In this document: piece by piece, positions 25,378 to 39,300 of the stretch
Position numbering within the stretch: the stretch's first letter is position 1
Layout: each line of letters opens with the position of its first letter
Assembly: GCA_051294905.1 (NCBI GenBank)
Contig: CM119381.1
Span: forward strand, 17,174,001 to 17,238,000
Origin: Botryllus schlosseri
Lineage: Eukaryota
Reading direction: 5' to 3'
DNA length: 64,000 nt
The notes under the pieces: generated by a model
What the model was told of the DNA's origin: nothing
What the model saw: only the letters and a program-made list of their open reading frames with translations
Databases searched by the model: none
Position numbers and translations under genes: made by a program

Positions 25378-26781
25378 ATGCCCACTACTAGACGAGACAC
25401 CCGTAGGAAGGTCAGCGTCGCAAAGAGCTCGGGTGTGCCAGCAGCAGCCGCTCTCAAAAAGCCTCTTACAAGGCGTTGTAGTAAACCTTCGAAGATACGA
25501 CCAAACCCGTTGAAAGTTAGCACAAGAATTGGAGAAGAACGCATAACTTCAAATCACGATGACATCGCAAAAGGTGAAGAAGTAAGCCACCATAAAATCC
25601 TAAGTGGTGACTCCACTGCTGACAATGAAAGTACAAGTAGTCTACACGATGGTTTGCAAAGGAAGCCTTCCTTGAGGCGACGACGTGGATGCGCGGATTA
25701 TTCCGATTCTAACAGAAAACCATCGATAGCCAAAACGCCATCAGTCAGCTCTCCAGAAGTTCAAGGTACTCCCATTCAAGAAATGCCGCATATTGAAACG
25801 AAACAAAGCCTCAAACCCCGCCGGAGTTTGCGCAATAAATCCCATAGAAAGGATCTTACCAACGATGCTTCGTCGATCACTCTCAGTACGGACCTTTCCA
25901 CGGAAAATTCACAATCAGAGACAGAGATTGTAATCGACAAAGATGATGCATCACATTCAAACTGTGAAGCAAGCCATAACGATGAGCAAATCACAAAGCA
26001 AACAACAGAACCAAGTTCACCCAGCATTACAAAGTCAACTGCACCTAAATCAGTAAAAATCAGCACACGCCCGGTAAAGACCAGTTCATTTTACTCCAAT
26101 AAATCCAAATCCCCACCACGTCTCAAAACCTGGCTTCAAACCGCCCGTGCAAGTGACGAAAGGCCCACATCTTCAAGCGCAGAAGATTGTTCTTCTAAAG
26201 ACATAGACAGCAAGCCACACCGCACCACAATGAAGGAATCAAATACAAAAACGCCCATCTCCAGAATCTTCAAAGCTAACCTCAAGCACACTCAGATCAG
26301 CACGCCGATCGTGCCGAAAAATCCCGAACCCGAACACTTGTTCGGATTTGAAAATTTGCTGGAGCCTGCCGCCTCCATATTGCAAGACGTTTCACCGATA
26401 GGACAAATCCCTCTGCCGAGCGTAGTTCGAAAAAGGAAGAGTAACAAAGTTCAAAAGGCGGAGAAGCTTACAGCTAGTTTTCTCAACTCTGATTCTCCGG
26501 ACGTCCCGCAGAAACGAAACAAGCCTAGGAAGGCGAAAACAAAAACCAAACCGTCCCAGGATGAAGACGATGGCGTGGAGCTAGAGTTGTTTCAGGTGGA
26601 ACCCATAATGTTGGAGGCACCAGCGAAGGTGGATGATATATTCGAGTATGAAGAAGCTGCACCTCCAAAGCTTCCGAAACCTGTCAAAGGCAGTGCCCTG
26701 GAGACAAACAATTTTGATATGGCTACAGCTCTGCCGTGGCAGGATATTATGGACCACGAGCTAATTATCGAGTCTGTCTAG
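25378..26781 (+). CDS. CDCA5: Sororin (CDCA5)-like cohesin regulator, intronless, 467 aa
   Basis: Long S/T/K-rich low-complexity ORF. STP..LFGFENLL..VSPI (FGF at 26341-26349) parallels vertebrate STP..CFGFEGLL..VSPV; basic patch; C-terminal HELIIE aligns with the sororin-domain end FDLLVE. An acceptor AG lies just before the ATG. Confidence 0.72.
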   Translation: MPTTRRDTRRKVSVAKSSGVPAAAALKKPLTRRCSKPSKIRPNPLKVSTRIGEERITSNHDDIAKGEEVSHHKILSGDSTADNESTSSLHDGLQRKPSLRRRRGCADYSDSNRKPSIAKTPSVSSPEVQGTPIQEMPHIETKQSLKPRRSLRNKSHRKDLTNDASSITLSTDLSTENSQSETEIVIDKDDASHSNCEASHNDEQITKQTTEPSSPSITKSTAPKSVKISTRPVKTSSFYSNKSKSPPRLKTWLQTARASDERPTSSSAEDCSSKDIDSKPHRTTMKESNTKTPISRIFKANLKHTQISTPIVPKNPEPEHLFGFENLLEPAASILQDVSPIGQIPLPSVVRKRKSNKVQKAEKLTASFLNSDSPDVPQKRNKPRKAKTKTKPSQDEDDGVELELFQVEPIMLEAPAKVDDIFEYEEAAPPKLPKPVKGSALETNNFDMATALPWQDIMDHELIIESV

Positions 26782-27339
26782 CACACCTCTACGCTGATAT
26801 CTGGAACTAGAATCAATACTGCCAGAAAGTTTCTTTTTGCTGCATCGTGCTTTCATTCTTTTAACCTTGCCGAAGTCTCCTATTGATACAACAAACACTT
26901 TCTATGAAGCGTTGTGAAATCATTATTAATGAACACAGGAAATCGGAAAAATAGTAGCCGACAGCTCAGGAGCATCCTAGCTAGACACCGCAGCACTGGC
27001 AGTACAAAAACATTTCAACTTGAAATATCAACAAGATCCAGACGTGCGACTATTTCATCATTACACTGGTCACGTAAACGCCAAGCGCCAGATGAACACA
27101 CAATAGCAGTAAAAACAGAATGGTAAGCGTAAACTTTGCAGGAGTTTAGTCCGTGGACCCACATGGTTTTCTTCAACAAAAACATCGATAGTTCTACAGA
27201 CGAAACAGTCCTTTACGCATCTGCAGTAAACGCATGGCGCAGAAACAAAAATAACAGAACTGAGCAAGTCGCCAAATAGCGTGTAACAGCAAAATGGAGA
27301 CGGCCTTCGTGCTTCGTCATTTGGCTAGCGTTGCCCGGT

Positions 27340-30300
27340 TCAAGATTTTCGTTTTTTCGTAGGCGGGTGGGTGCCGTCGATTACATCCTTGTATTTATCG
27401 AGACCAGTCTCCTTCATTCTCTTCTCAAAATAGTTTTCGAGTTGCAAGGCAGCTTTGGCGTGTACCGACCGAGGCATGTTGTACAGGAGACAGTTGGAGA
27501 AGACAAGCTTAGCGTCCTCTATGAATTCACCTGTTGGAAAATTTCAAAATTTTTAATATATTCGCAACCTTGCCGAAAAGGGGCTGTGCCGTGGTTATGA
27601 AACACGAAATAATTTCATGATCAAGAGCAGGTAATATTTTCTTTGCCGGGCCAAGCCAAATATTTTCATATTTGGTTGGGCTTCCATGAAATGTAAGTAT
27701 TTCGACTGTCTTACTAAACGTGGCATTGCTATGACTGGTACTAGACTCAGTCAGTCATCAGTCCTACTCGTCCACCGGCAAGGTAGAACCATAAATACCA
27801 CGTTAACAAAACAATATGTGGGGATGAGGTCTATGAAATTATAATTTGAATTGAGACAGCAGCGGTTCTTGAACTTTACTAAACTGCGGGAAATTTGAGC
27901 CAATTTACATGCCGTCACGGAACTAAAAACAAGAATCTACATTACACATCAAATGGATTACTAAAGAAATGAAAGAATACCCTGCACATGATGAATTGTG
28001 CATCGGAAATGTTGTGAAAGAACTAAAACACGATTGTCAGAGATAATGAAAGGATTTTAGTGAATATTACTGCATACGGATATTGGAGACATAATTATCG
28101 TTTCAAGATGACATGTTTTCGATTTTGAACCTAACCCTCCCCCCCCCCCCCCCACCCTGCATACAGCACTGCCCGTCGATCTAAATTCTAAACCAAAGAT
28201 TGAAATGTAGAAGTCACAAACATATCTTTCTGATTGAAAGACATCATTTCATTAAGGTTGATGGAAGCACACTTACTTGGATCCGAGTATTCCACGTTCT
28301 TGAGCTTATTCTGCATGGTGGCAAAATCCATCGGTCGCGATATGACTTCGTAATAATCGGGGACCTGCCAAGCAACAGTCAACGTTATCCAACGGCGTCG
28401 TCAAGACTACGCGACTGGCAAACGAACCTGTTTCTTGCTCACGGGCATCACGAACGGCCAACCGTCCTTGTGTTGAATCATCTCTTTCAGAATCTCCTGA
28501 CACGAATTCAGTTCTTTCCAGACGCCGGCGGATCGTCTTCTGCTGGATGAGCCTTGGTAGTCTTCGTCGTCTGTCAAAACGTCGGAGACATCACGTTAGG
28601 AAATCAAACAGTATTTAAATGATGGCCCGGAGTCCGGAATGAAACAAAATAAATATAGTTACTTTTTTGATGAACAAGGATGAGAGCAAACTAGTAAAAG
28701 TGGGGTGTAATAGCAGTCGTTACTCGAGGGCATCAACCAAACATTAAAACGAGAACGTTTTGATTAAATTGTTGTAAAACCGTAAGACATATAATCCGCT
28801 GTAATTTCACACCACACTACAACCAATCCCAGTTGATCAAGTCGGTCAACTTTGCTGCACAAGTAGAAGAAACACCGTAAATTTCTACTCAATTATAAGT
28901 AGAGATGGCTACATGTCAAAACTTCACACAAAAGTAAAAAGTGAAAGCCGAAAATGTAAATTCCAGTGTTGGGATCAAGTCACTACCTTCGAGTCATTGC
29001 ACATTTTGACTCGAGTCAAGTCAAGTCTCTTGCCAACTGTCTGTAATACAGATTGAGTGGTCATTGTTTCTGAACCGATGAACGAATATAGAGTTGAATA
29101 TAGCCTACACGCAAGAAGGCATCGATCACATATAGGTAGAAGTGCTCAACTACGTAAGTGATTGCATAGCCTCAGTTTATAGTTCCCAGCCAAAATAGCG
29201 AAACGAATTGATAAGGTGCAATACACCACCCTTTTAAAAATTGATATGATACAATTCGGAGCCTTCACCAATGTTTGAGGAATATATAAACTGTACATTT
29301 CATTAAAACAAGAGGTTTGGTTAGGGTAAGAACAGAGAAAAGAAATATACATTTTGCTATTACATTACTTTACTACTAATTTAGGACAACGTAAGCTGTA
29401 AGCTTCGATCACTTCGTTTGCGGTCAATTTATTTGTGAGAGAACAATGGAGGCTCAGTAAAACGTACGATTATTGAATGATGGTCGCTCTCATGGGTTAC
29501 GCCAGCGTTTCGCGAAAAATCCAGCCGTATGCAGGACACAGTGATTTTTATCGTCACCGATTACTTGATGACTTGAAATTGACTCGTGAATTTTGCTCCG
29601 AGTCACGAGTCAATCCACATTTCTGATGCGCCAAGTCGAGTCATTTTAGCAAAGTGACTCAAGTCAAGTCATACGAAAAAGGTGACGCGAGTCATGCTCC
29701 CAACACTGGTGGATTCAAACGAGGTGTCGCACACTTTTAGTAGTCGATCGGAAGTGGTTATTCGAGAAATAGCGAGGCACGTCTTTACGACGAACACAGC
29801 CAATGACACTACCAACTGGCGCAATTTCCGAAAACATACTCCGTTGCTGTGATGCAGTAGGGTTACCCATATGCACTCTTTTTTTTTCAGGAAATCGAAA
29901 ATGTCCACCGAGGACGCCTGAATTCCCCCCTTTTTGGAAATGCGTCCTCTTTTATAGCTTTGACAGCCAGGGTAATGTACTGGACAGTCTGAACGCTATA
30001 AAACACCAGAAATTGCACAAAATCTGTAATGCGAACGTTCGAGAGGACTGGAAAAATGACTTTTTTTTTAGTCCACAGCACATCAGCATAGTTAAAATGT
30101 GGGCATTTCGAGTAAGATGAGCTTTTTCTTAGCCAACACAACAAGATTTATAGAACAAATCTTAGAATTAGCATTTTCCTAGTAATCCGATCTTCACGAT
30201 TTGCAAAAAGCGTCCTCCTTTACAAATTACAAAATATGGTAACCCCAGACACGGGAGCTATCTCATCCAGTCAATATGACACGTTCGCTCGTAAAAGCGA

Positions 30301-33300
30301 TGCATACACATCTAATTTTAATTCTAATTAAATTTGGAAAAGCTGAAAATTTTCTGCTTAGTACAAGTCTGACAACAATAGTGACAGAAGCAAAAGCATC
30401 CTGTACCGTTTGAGGCGCCTCGTTTGAACGAATTGGAGCTTCTCGACTTGCGGCCGTTGTCCGTGCTGGCCCTGTTGCTGTCGCGTCCCGACGTCCTTCC
30501 GCTTGTCCTCTGCACGTTCGGCGACGGCTTTTTCGCCTTCCTCTCCCTGTCGGACTTCCGCGTCGGCCTGCTAGGCAGCCGGATGCCCCTCTTCACGGGC
30601 GCTTCCTCCTCCTCTTCGTCTTGCGAGCTGAAAACCGAAAGCGTATTCTATCCGGAATAGGCTTCCCGGTCTGCCCAAACCTACCTTTCGTTTTCCTCCT
30701 CGGACTCCTGCTCCTCTTCGTCCTCTACTTCCTCTTCCTCCATGTTGTCGTCGTCGTCCTCCTCCGTGTCGTCAGCTTCTTCCTCCTCTTCGTCCTCAGA
30801 GCTAGCCTCCTGAAAAAGGCAGTATTGTGGATTTTACGTTTCGTTGGTTTGTGTATTTCAAGAAAATTCAACACACAACTCAAATCTAATAATCAGAATT
30901 AATCTCCGTTCTTCCTATATACTAGATTGCCATCATCGTTTTATTTGGTCTCATAGCAGTAAGACTATTGAAGATTCGCAATAAAGCATTGTTATAAATC
31001 CTACTTTGTGCCATAATATTCAATCGTTTGGAGCGAAAGGGTGTGTTTGCTGTAATGAGTGGCCATTTCGACCAGAGGTAGTCAGTACAAAAGTAGAGTA
31101 CATCGTACATCTGCTTTTACAAAGTACTCAAGGTCAAGTAGCATAGCCAACTTGCACCACTTTCTCACGCGGTTACGATTACAGGCTACTTACGCTTTCA
31201 GTTTTTTAAGCGAAACCACCTGGCAACCTGGTCTTGACTAGTGTTAAATCGAGTGTGCTTTTATATTTATATATATATCATACGCACAGCACGATAAGTA
31301 CCTGCGTGAAGCTCGTGGCTCTCACTCTCCTTGGGCTCATCCGATGGGAATGTATCGGCTTGCACTGCGGGCAAAACCAATCGCCGGTCGGCACGTTCTG
31401 AAACGAAAATGGTGACCGTCTGTTCCGAGACACGAAAGAAAAACGAAAAACTGCTCATTCTGACAGGTTTAATACTATAGTCCGTCTGCAAGGATGTAAC
31501 GTACTGGTTTCTTACTGATCTGGAATTTGACTGCACGTGAATATAGTTTCTACAATATTTTTGTTATTTATGTTCCCTGCTTCGTTTCAGCTGTACTGGC
31601 GAACCGATATGATACATCGCTGAAGTTGGTCTAAAACTATGACAGGCCTATCGATTAGGCTGTATCTTTTTTATAGGTTACGGCTTTTTAGGTAGGTACA
31701 TGAGTTCTTAACTAGGATCTGTGTTGGCGGCTACGTACCAGTACATGATAGGCCAATAAAAGTCAGTAATTTTTGTCACACCGATAACAGCATACCACCA
31801 AAAATCGAAATTGATGATAATTTCTAGTTCGGTTTCTCCAGATATTGTCGAGTATTGTTGTTGCATACGACGTCACCCTCCACATTGTAAAATCATTTCA
31901 GTTGCAGCTAGACTGGATGTTAACTGGGCGGACCTCTACGACTTAGTGTACTTAGTTCCGTTTAGCACATTTTATTTTACTGGGCTGTTATCACTTTAAC
32001 TTTATTACGACATTTTCTATTAATGTGGATCAAAGAAACGTTCTTGTGGTCCACGTACAATCAAAATAAATTTTTGGGGAAAAGTTCAAGTTGCTGACGA
32101 GGCACCCGCTAAACCAGTGGTTCCCAACCTTTTTCGTCTCGTGCCCCCCTTGGCCAATATTTGAGCTAAAATTCCCCCCTATGAAAAAGTTGCCTGTGAC
32201 TAAAAAAATGTACTTTTTAACACGCAACCATTTGCTGACTGAGCAATTAATGGCCAAACATATTCAGATATGTCCGAACTATGGCGAATACAGACCGCAC
32301 TGAACTTTGGTAAAGTACAGTCAAATTTCAACTGTTTTTGACCGGTCGGGTAGCCGCTGACGAAAAATAAATCACCAAGTCCGCTTGCTATTGACTTGAT
32401 TTGAATCGATCAATTTGGTACGGTATGTTTTTCACGTTAGCTCATATGTTGGCTTAAAAAGTTGAACAATTTCACTAGCGGCCTTGTGCTGAATTCAGCT
32501 TGACGTTTTCCTGCTTCGTAGCAATTTGTTCGAGAGGCTGTCCGGACCCAACGAAATCGTCTCGTGAGTCTCACTTTATCAGGGGGTGTAATATATACGG
32601 AAGGCATTTAAACATACACCTAGCTTTAAATCCGCCAAAGAAATATACAATTGTAAAGAACTAATTTCTACTTAACAGTTCCATACCATAAAAATCTAAA
32701 AACCTTGTGAACCCAGAGTATCTTCCGATACAATGCCAAAGCCAGATTTCCCCTAAATAAATTAAGCCAGATTCCCCCCTAAAAATTTCAAAATTCCCCC
32801 CGAGGGGGGAATTGCCCCCCGGTTGAGAACCACTGCGCTAAACATTGTGGCGGAAAGTCACTTACCTTGAGCGGAGGTTTGAGGCAGTACATGTGGTGTC
32901 CGCGGTCGCACGAGTCGCAAAGCAGCATCTTGTCGGCGTCGCCCCGCCTGTGACAGATACGGCACGAAGCGTTCAGGACCGACCGCGCCCAGATGATGCA
33001 TTTGTTCAACGTCGACAAGTGCAGCGAAATCTGCGAGACATAGTTTGCAGGCGGCTTGTCGATATAATACGTGCACTGCTTTCTCAAGCGCTTACATTTT
33101 CAAACCACTTCCAATTCCACTTGAATAATTGTTTGAAAAAAGTTTTCGGGATAAGTTTGCACACTTTTCCAAGAACAATTCTCACAAGAACCGCTCGAAA
33201 TAGCCCCGTTATCACGGCAGTGTTGGGATCAAGTCACTACCTTCGAGTCAAGTCAAGTCACTCGATTTTTGGAGGTGACTCGAGACAAGTCAATTCACGA

Positions 33301-36300
33301 GTCAAGTCACAATTCAAGTCAAGTTGCCTTGTCGAAGTATGAGGCATGACTACGTCATTGCATTTTGTTAGCTTTCTGACATACAGGTTGAGTGGTCATT
33401 GATTTTTAACCGATGAACGAACATAGAGTTAAATATGCAAGCAAGAAGGCGCTGTATCGGTCACATATACGTAGAACTGCTCAACTACGTAACTAATTGC
33501 ATAGCCTCAGTTTATAGTTACCAGCCAAAATAGAGAATTTAGAAACGAATTCATAAGATGCAATACATTACCAATTTACAAAATGATATGATACAATTCC
33601 AGCCTGCGCCAATGGTTGAGGTCTATATAAACTGTATTCGAATTCAATTTCAATAAAACAAGGTTTGGTTAAGGTAGGAACAGAGACATACATTTTACTG
33701 TAAGCTTCGATCACTTCGTTTGCTGTCAATTTGTTTGTGAGAGAACAATGGAGGCTCAGTAAAACGCACGATCATTGAATGATTGATCGCTCTCACGGGT
33801 TACACCAGCGTTTCGCGAACAATCCAAACATTCGCAAGATAAAGTGATTTTTATCGACACCGATTACTTGATGACTTGAAATTGACTCGTGAATTTTGCT
33901 CCGAGTCACGAGTCAATCCACATTTCTGACACGCCGAGTCAAGTCAAGTTATTTTAGCAAAGTGACTCGAGTCAAGTCATGACTTGAGTCATCCCAACAC
34001 TGTATCACGGTAACTGAATATATCTTCGAAGTTTCTATTTCTTTATAGCGTCAGTAAAGTTAGTCACAAAGATGCATCCGGCGGTTCACTGCTAAAATAC
34101 GCGACTTCCCGACCATATCTACTTTCTGAAACTAGTTACTTGAATACTTTTCAAACCTTTCGTTATCCACTTACACTTGAAGTTGTTTTGACGTGTCTTG
34201 GAAAAATACTTGTGCTTGTAAATGAGTAGAAATTTATCGCCTATCTTCTATTTCTACTCGTGTAGCAATTCTGGTTACTCTGATCATGTCTGGCGACGGT
34301 TCGATTTCAAAATGCGGGAATTAGTTCGTCTTTGTGACATGATATGATAGCATCAAAGAAAATCACTGATGTGCCTAGCAGACGGTGTGGTGCAATATGG
34401 TGAACGGAGTGCACCGACTAGTTTGCTTTGTTATTTACGATGCGACACCGTATGCGTACCTGCGAAAACGACGTGCAATTCACAAGCGAATTCTCCCACC
34501 GTCGCAGGTACGTGGCGCTGGCCTTCTTCCGTCGCATAATCTCCTCCTCGTCGTCCTCGACGGGGCCTTTCGATCTCGTCTTGCGACGCGCAATATCCAC
34601 CGAATATCCTGTGCGCAAACACCGTTGTTAGACTAGTATATTCGTATTGCAATGAACCCGAAATTTTGCACCGTCGGTATATTTCAAAAGAAGCGAGACG
34701 AAACGTTAAGAGACTTGATGAATCTTGTCAAAAGTAAATACACCACAAGATTTCAGGCATACACAGAACTTTGCATGCCTATGAGAATTACTATACCATC
34801 GCAGCGACCCTGAGTGTTTCCACCCACGTCACAAGGTTAAGAACCACTGATCTAGAACATTGTCTGTCTTCAAAATATCCCCATCTCCCCTCTTTTGTTT
34901 TACCCCTCCCTCTTTTTCTCTCGGCTGGCTATTCGCCAGGACTAGGGATGGGCATAATGATTCAAATACTTGAATCTGAATCGAGATTCAAGTCGAGTAG
35001 TAAAAAACGATTTATTCCGAGTACTGAAATTATACAGTCCTCGCCACTGAAAGTTAATTTATTAAAGAAAATTATAGTTTTGATACTATTTTCCACTGTG
35101 GAAGCCATGAAACCTTGATCGGCCGTACCGCAGCATACAAAACAGGGTATAAAGCACTAGTACAAAGCTACGAACATTACTGGAAACACCACATTTCCGA
35201 AGACATGATCATCCCACAACACTGTCAAGAAGTGCAATGCAATCGGTATGGTCGAAAATATACTGAGTATGGTTAATGTGACGGATAACAGATATTATAT
35301 TCTTTGTGGTGGCATACATATACATATCTGAACTTTGACATATTGCATTCTGTTACGACGTCATAATGAGTGACGCTCGAATACTCGATTAGAAGCATAA
35401 GACGTGATTCAGAATCGAATCACTCGGGTACTTGAATTCGCCCAGCACTAGCCAGGACCACGCATATACTAAGACTACTTGAATAAGTACTGCTAAGTAC
35501 TACATAGACGCAAATGTAACAAATCACATAACTGCCCGATTGAATAGTATATTCATATTGAAAGGAACCCGAATATTTCGGCTGACACTCGTCAGGGGTA
35601 ATCGTCAGCAACTAGTTGAGAATTCGAAAGAACAGCGTATATCAACAATCGTAACACAAAATATGACGTATGACGAGTAAGTAACAAAACCTACTACAGT
35701 GCTTGCTTACCAAGAGGAGCCTTGAGGTATTTCTTGTCTATTCCCCTCTCGACTTGCAGCAGCGCCAGAGAGAGGTCCCGCACTTTTTGTGCATGCGCCA
35801 AATCCATTTCCGTCTGTGCGGTCTCGCCATCTGCAAGAAACCGACAAAATACATCAGATTTTTAGAGAAAAACCGGCAAAACAGTAAAGGCAGACTCGTT
35901 TAAAAATTAAAGTAACCGACATATTCAAACATATCCCATAATCTCAACACACTATCCAGGGAGACAAATTCAAAAAGCTACCTTGCTCCATTTCTTCATC
36001 GCCACCCTCGGCAGAACCTATCGGAAAAACGAGAGAAGGCGGCGCCACCAGTTTCTCTCTTTTCCTCAGCTTGCTCATCTCTTCTTCGGTGTCACATTCA
36101 TCCAAGATGTCACCCTCCGCTTTTGCGACCCCTACGGTAAACACATTTCGCATTAACACGGATATCGCAGGTTGCTGCTGCGCACGCGTCTGTTACCTAT
36201 CGGCACTACAGATTCCAGAAGTCGATCGCTCAGTTCTTGCGGGTACGTGGTAGCGTTGCTGACCCTGTTCACCCAGTCGAAGCCGTCTTCCTCCTGTTAA

Positions 36301-39300
36301 GAAGCGGTGCAAGGGTTATCGGTGAATTCGGCATTATAAATGTAATACGGTAACATTTGAGAACACTATTGGAGGCACTGAACCTCAACATACAATTGAA
36401 TTGAATAGAATAATTCGATTGAAACAATTTTTTCAGACGGCGCTCATCAGGGGTATGGGGTAATCGTCAGCAATCGGCATGAGACGCACAGACAGCTCAA
36501 GTGCTTTCGCATGAACTCTTTCTGTTGGCAAGCTTTGATACGCTGACTGCTGATAAAAGGGCGGGCAGCAACCCCAGGAAGTAGACAAATGGCATTGAGT
36601 TGAAAGCGACAGGACTAGGCCAAGTGATGTTTAGCTGATATCAATGTAATACCAGTGTTACATCATAGATCACTGTGATCCATTTGTGCCAAGGTCAAGT
36701 GGGTGAAGAAATGGGCCAAAAACGAGAATGCGCACAAGCTGACTAGGATATTTGCGACATGATATTAAATTTTCGCACTTTACGAGAGTTGTTATGTATA
36801 AGTCTTGTCACAACGTTACCAATTTGACATTGTTTGCCTAGCAATGACTACAAAGCCAACATGCTGTGTGCGGTTACAGACCCGCAACCACAGATGACAA
36901 TAATCTCTGAAATAAAACATTAGCACTAGGGTTGTCCAAAATTTGGAAAATCTTAAAAATACCCCGTGATTGTGTCTCATTCCATAGATTATCGATAAAA
37001 AATAACAATGAGCCCAAAAGAAGCTCACGGGAAAGCCGTTAAGATTTCGGCCAAAGCGTTTTAAAGTAGTTGCCCAAGAATGGGCGTGCCACTGACCATA
37101 GAACGGCGAGAAGACTGGTAATCAAATAACCACGGCTCCTGATTGGCTAATTGGCTATGCTTCAATGATCACCACAGCAACAACTTGCTGATTATGTGCT
37201 CAAGGAGTCTGCTACCGGTGGGGATTCTGAAATCGCGTTGTTGGTAGGTTGGCAGATGATGATTTATGATTAATTCAGGACATGTTAAGGTACGAAATAC
37301 ATGATGAACAATCAACAGCTGCTTCACATAAACTTCTACAGCATGACTGCTTTGCTGTGAAGGAAACGGCTGTAGCCTACATGCCGTGTTTTCATCGAGG
37401 GAAAGCAAAGACGCTTATGCAAGTAGTGAACGAGTTCCCCGTTTCAGAAGGGATCCATCATCAGTGAATACAAATATAAAGCTTGACCATGACACTATAC
37501 TTTGAGTGAGCTTATTGGACTCAAGTTGTAGTATATAGTTGATATTTTGAATGCTCTAGGGATTGACTGAATCAGCCGGTTGTGCTTGGCAGTTATACTT
37601 CAGCAAATTGAATTCACATGTAAGTGTTGTCAAAGTCCTTAATGATGCTGCAGAAAAGAGGTGTAAAGTAAGCACAATGCTGGATATCATGTCCAAACTA
37701 TGCTGGATACTATGCAGTATAGTCTGTGATTATCTTTACACCCATTTTCTGCGGGATCAATAGGGACTTTGACATACCACATTGGGCATAGCCTGTGCGA
37801 GTGTGCGTTATCATTAGGGACTTTAGCAACACTTACAAGTGAATTCAATTTACTGTAAGCATCTGATGAGTGCCAACCATAACCCGCTGATTCAGCCGAT
37901 TCCAATATCATTCAAAACGTCACCTATATATTACAGCTTGAGCCTAATAAGATCACACAAATTACGGTATCGTGTCATTGATAAGCTTTATATTTGTGTT
38001 CACTGATGATGGATCCTTTCCAAACGGGGAATTCGTTTACCGCTTGCATAAGCGCCTTTGCTTTCCCTCGGTGAAAACACGGCATGTAGGCTACAGCCGT
38101 TTCCTTCCAATAAAGCAATCATGCTGTAGAAGTTTTTGTGAAGCAGCTGTTGATTGTTCATCATGTATTTCGTACCTTAACATGTCCTGAATTAATCTTA
38201 AATCATCATCTGCCAACCTACCAACAAGCGATTTCAGAATCCCCACCGGTAGCAGACTCCTTGAGCACATAATCAGCAAGTTGTTGCTGTGGTGATCATT
38301 GAAGCATAGCCAATTAGCCAATCAGGAGCCGTGGTTATTTGATTACTAGTCTTCTCGCCGTTCTATGGTCGGTGGCACGCCCATTCTTGGGCAGCTACTT
38401 TAAAACGCTTTGGCCGAAATCTTAACGGCTTTCCCGTGAGCTTCTTTTGGGCTCATTGTTATTTTTTATCAATAATCTATGGAATGAGACACAATCACGG
38501 GGTATTTTTAAGATTTTCCAAATTTTGGACAACCCTAATTAGCACCACAGAAACGTACCTTTATACCGCCGAGAGTGCCTTCGAATATTCTCGACTCCAA
38601 ATCCAGGACCTGATCGCGCAACGCCAGCTCGATCGCGACCTTCCACGACATGGCCTTGGCCTTTCGCTGTAGCGTAAAATAAAGTAAATCGCAATCCGTC
38701 ATGGGTCATGAAAACTTGCTAGCAATGTTCCCTCTAAATTTTCACGAGTTTCCTGTGCGCAACGACTTTTAAAGCAGTGAGCAGCTTACAGGAAACAGTG
38801 ATTTGTCTCATCAGGAATATTGCGCTGAATGTGTCTTGAATAGTATATTCATATTGAAATGAACCCAAATATTTTCGAATGAATTTTACAATTTTGAAAG
38901 AAGCCAAACCTAATCTAATTTAAGAAACTACATACTCAAGTGTTATATTCAACTTCCCTTGAAGTAATTTTGACAAGTATGGGAAATTGGTGTTTCTACT
39001 TCCAATTGGGGAGAAATTTACTACTACGTGGAGCACAAACGATGACCACTACTCACGTCGTCTTCCCTCTGTTTTTGGAAGAGTTCGTTGAGCGGGCACT
39101 TCTTCAACCGGGCAAAAATTTCAGCCCTCGCGTTCGAAAGAGACTCGGCCAATTTTGCCTCGCGGAAACCGCGCCGGTTGAGCGACGTCAGCACGTTTTC
39201 GATTTCGCCCTCCTCCGTGTAAATCATCCACCTGCCCGGAGAAAATACGCTTTGTTTTCGCACAAGCAAAATCATCAACAAAATCTGGCGCCATATATAC

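Noticed and set aside
20562-34002. GACTC/GAGTC/CAAGT repeat clusters as CRISPR-like arrays
   Set aside because: The units are irregular 5-mers without spacers, lie inside TIR-bounded MITEs, and the context is eukaryotic with no cas genes.
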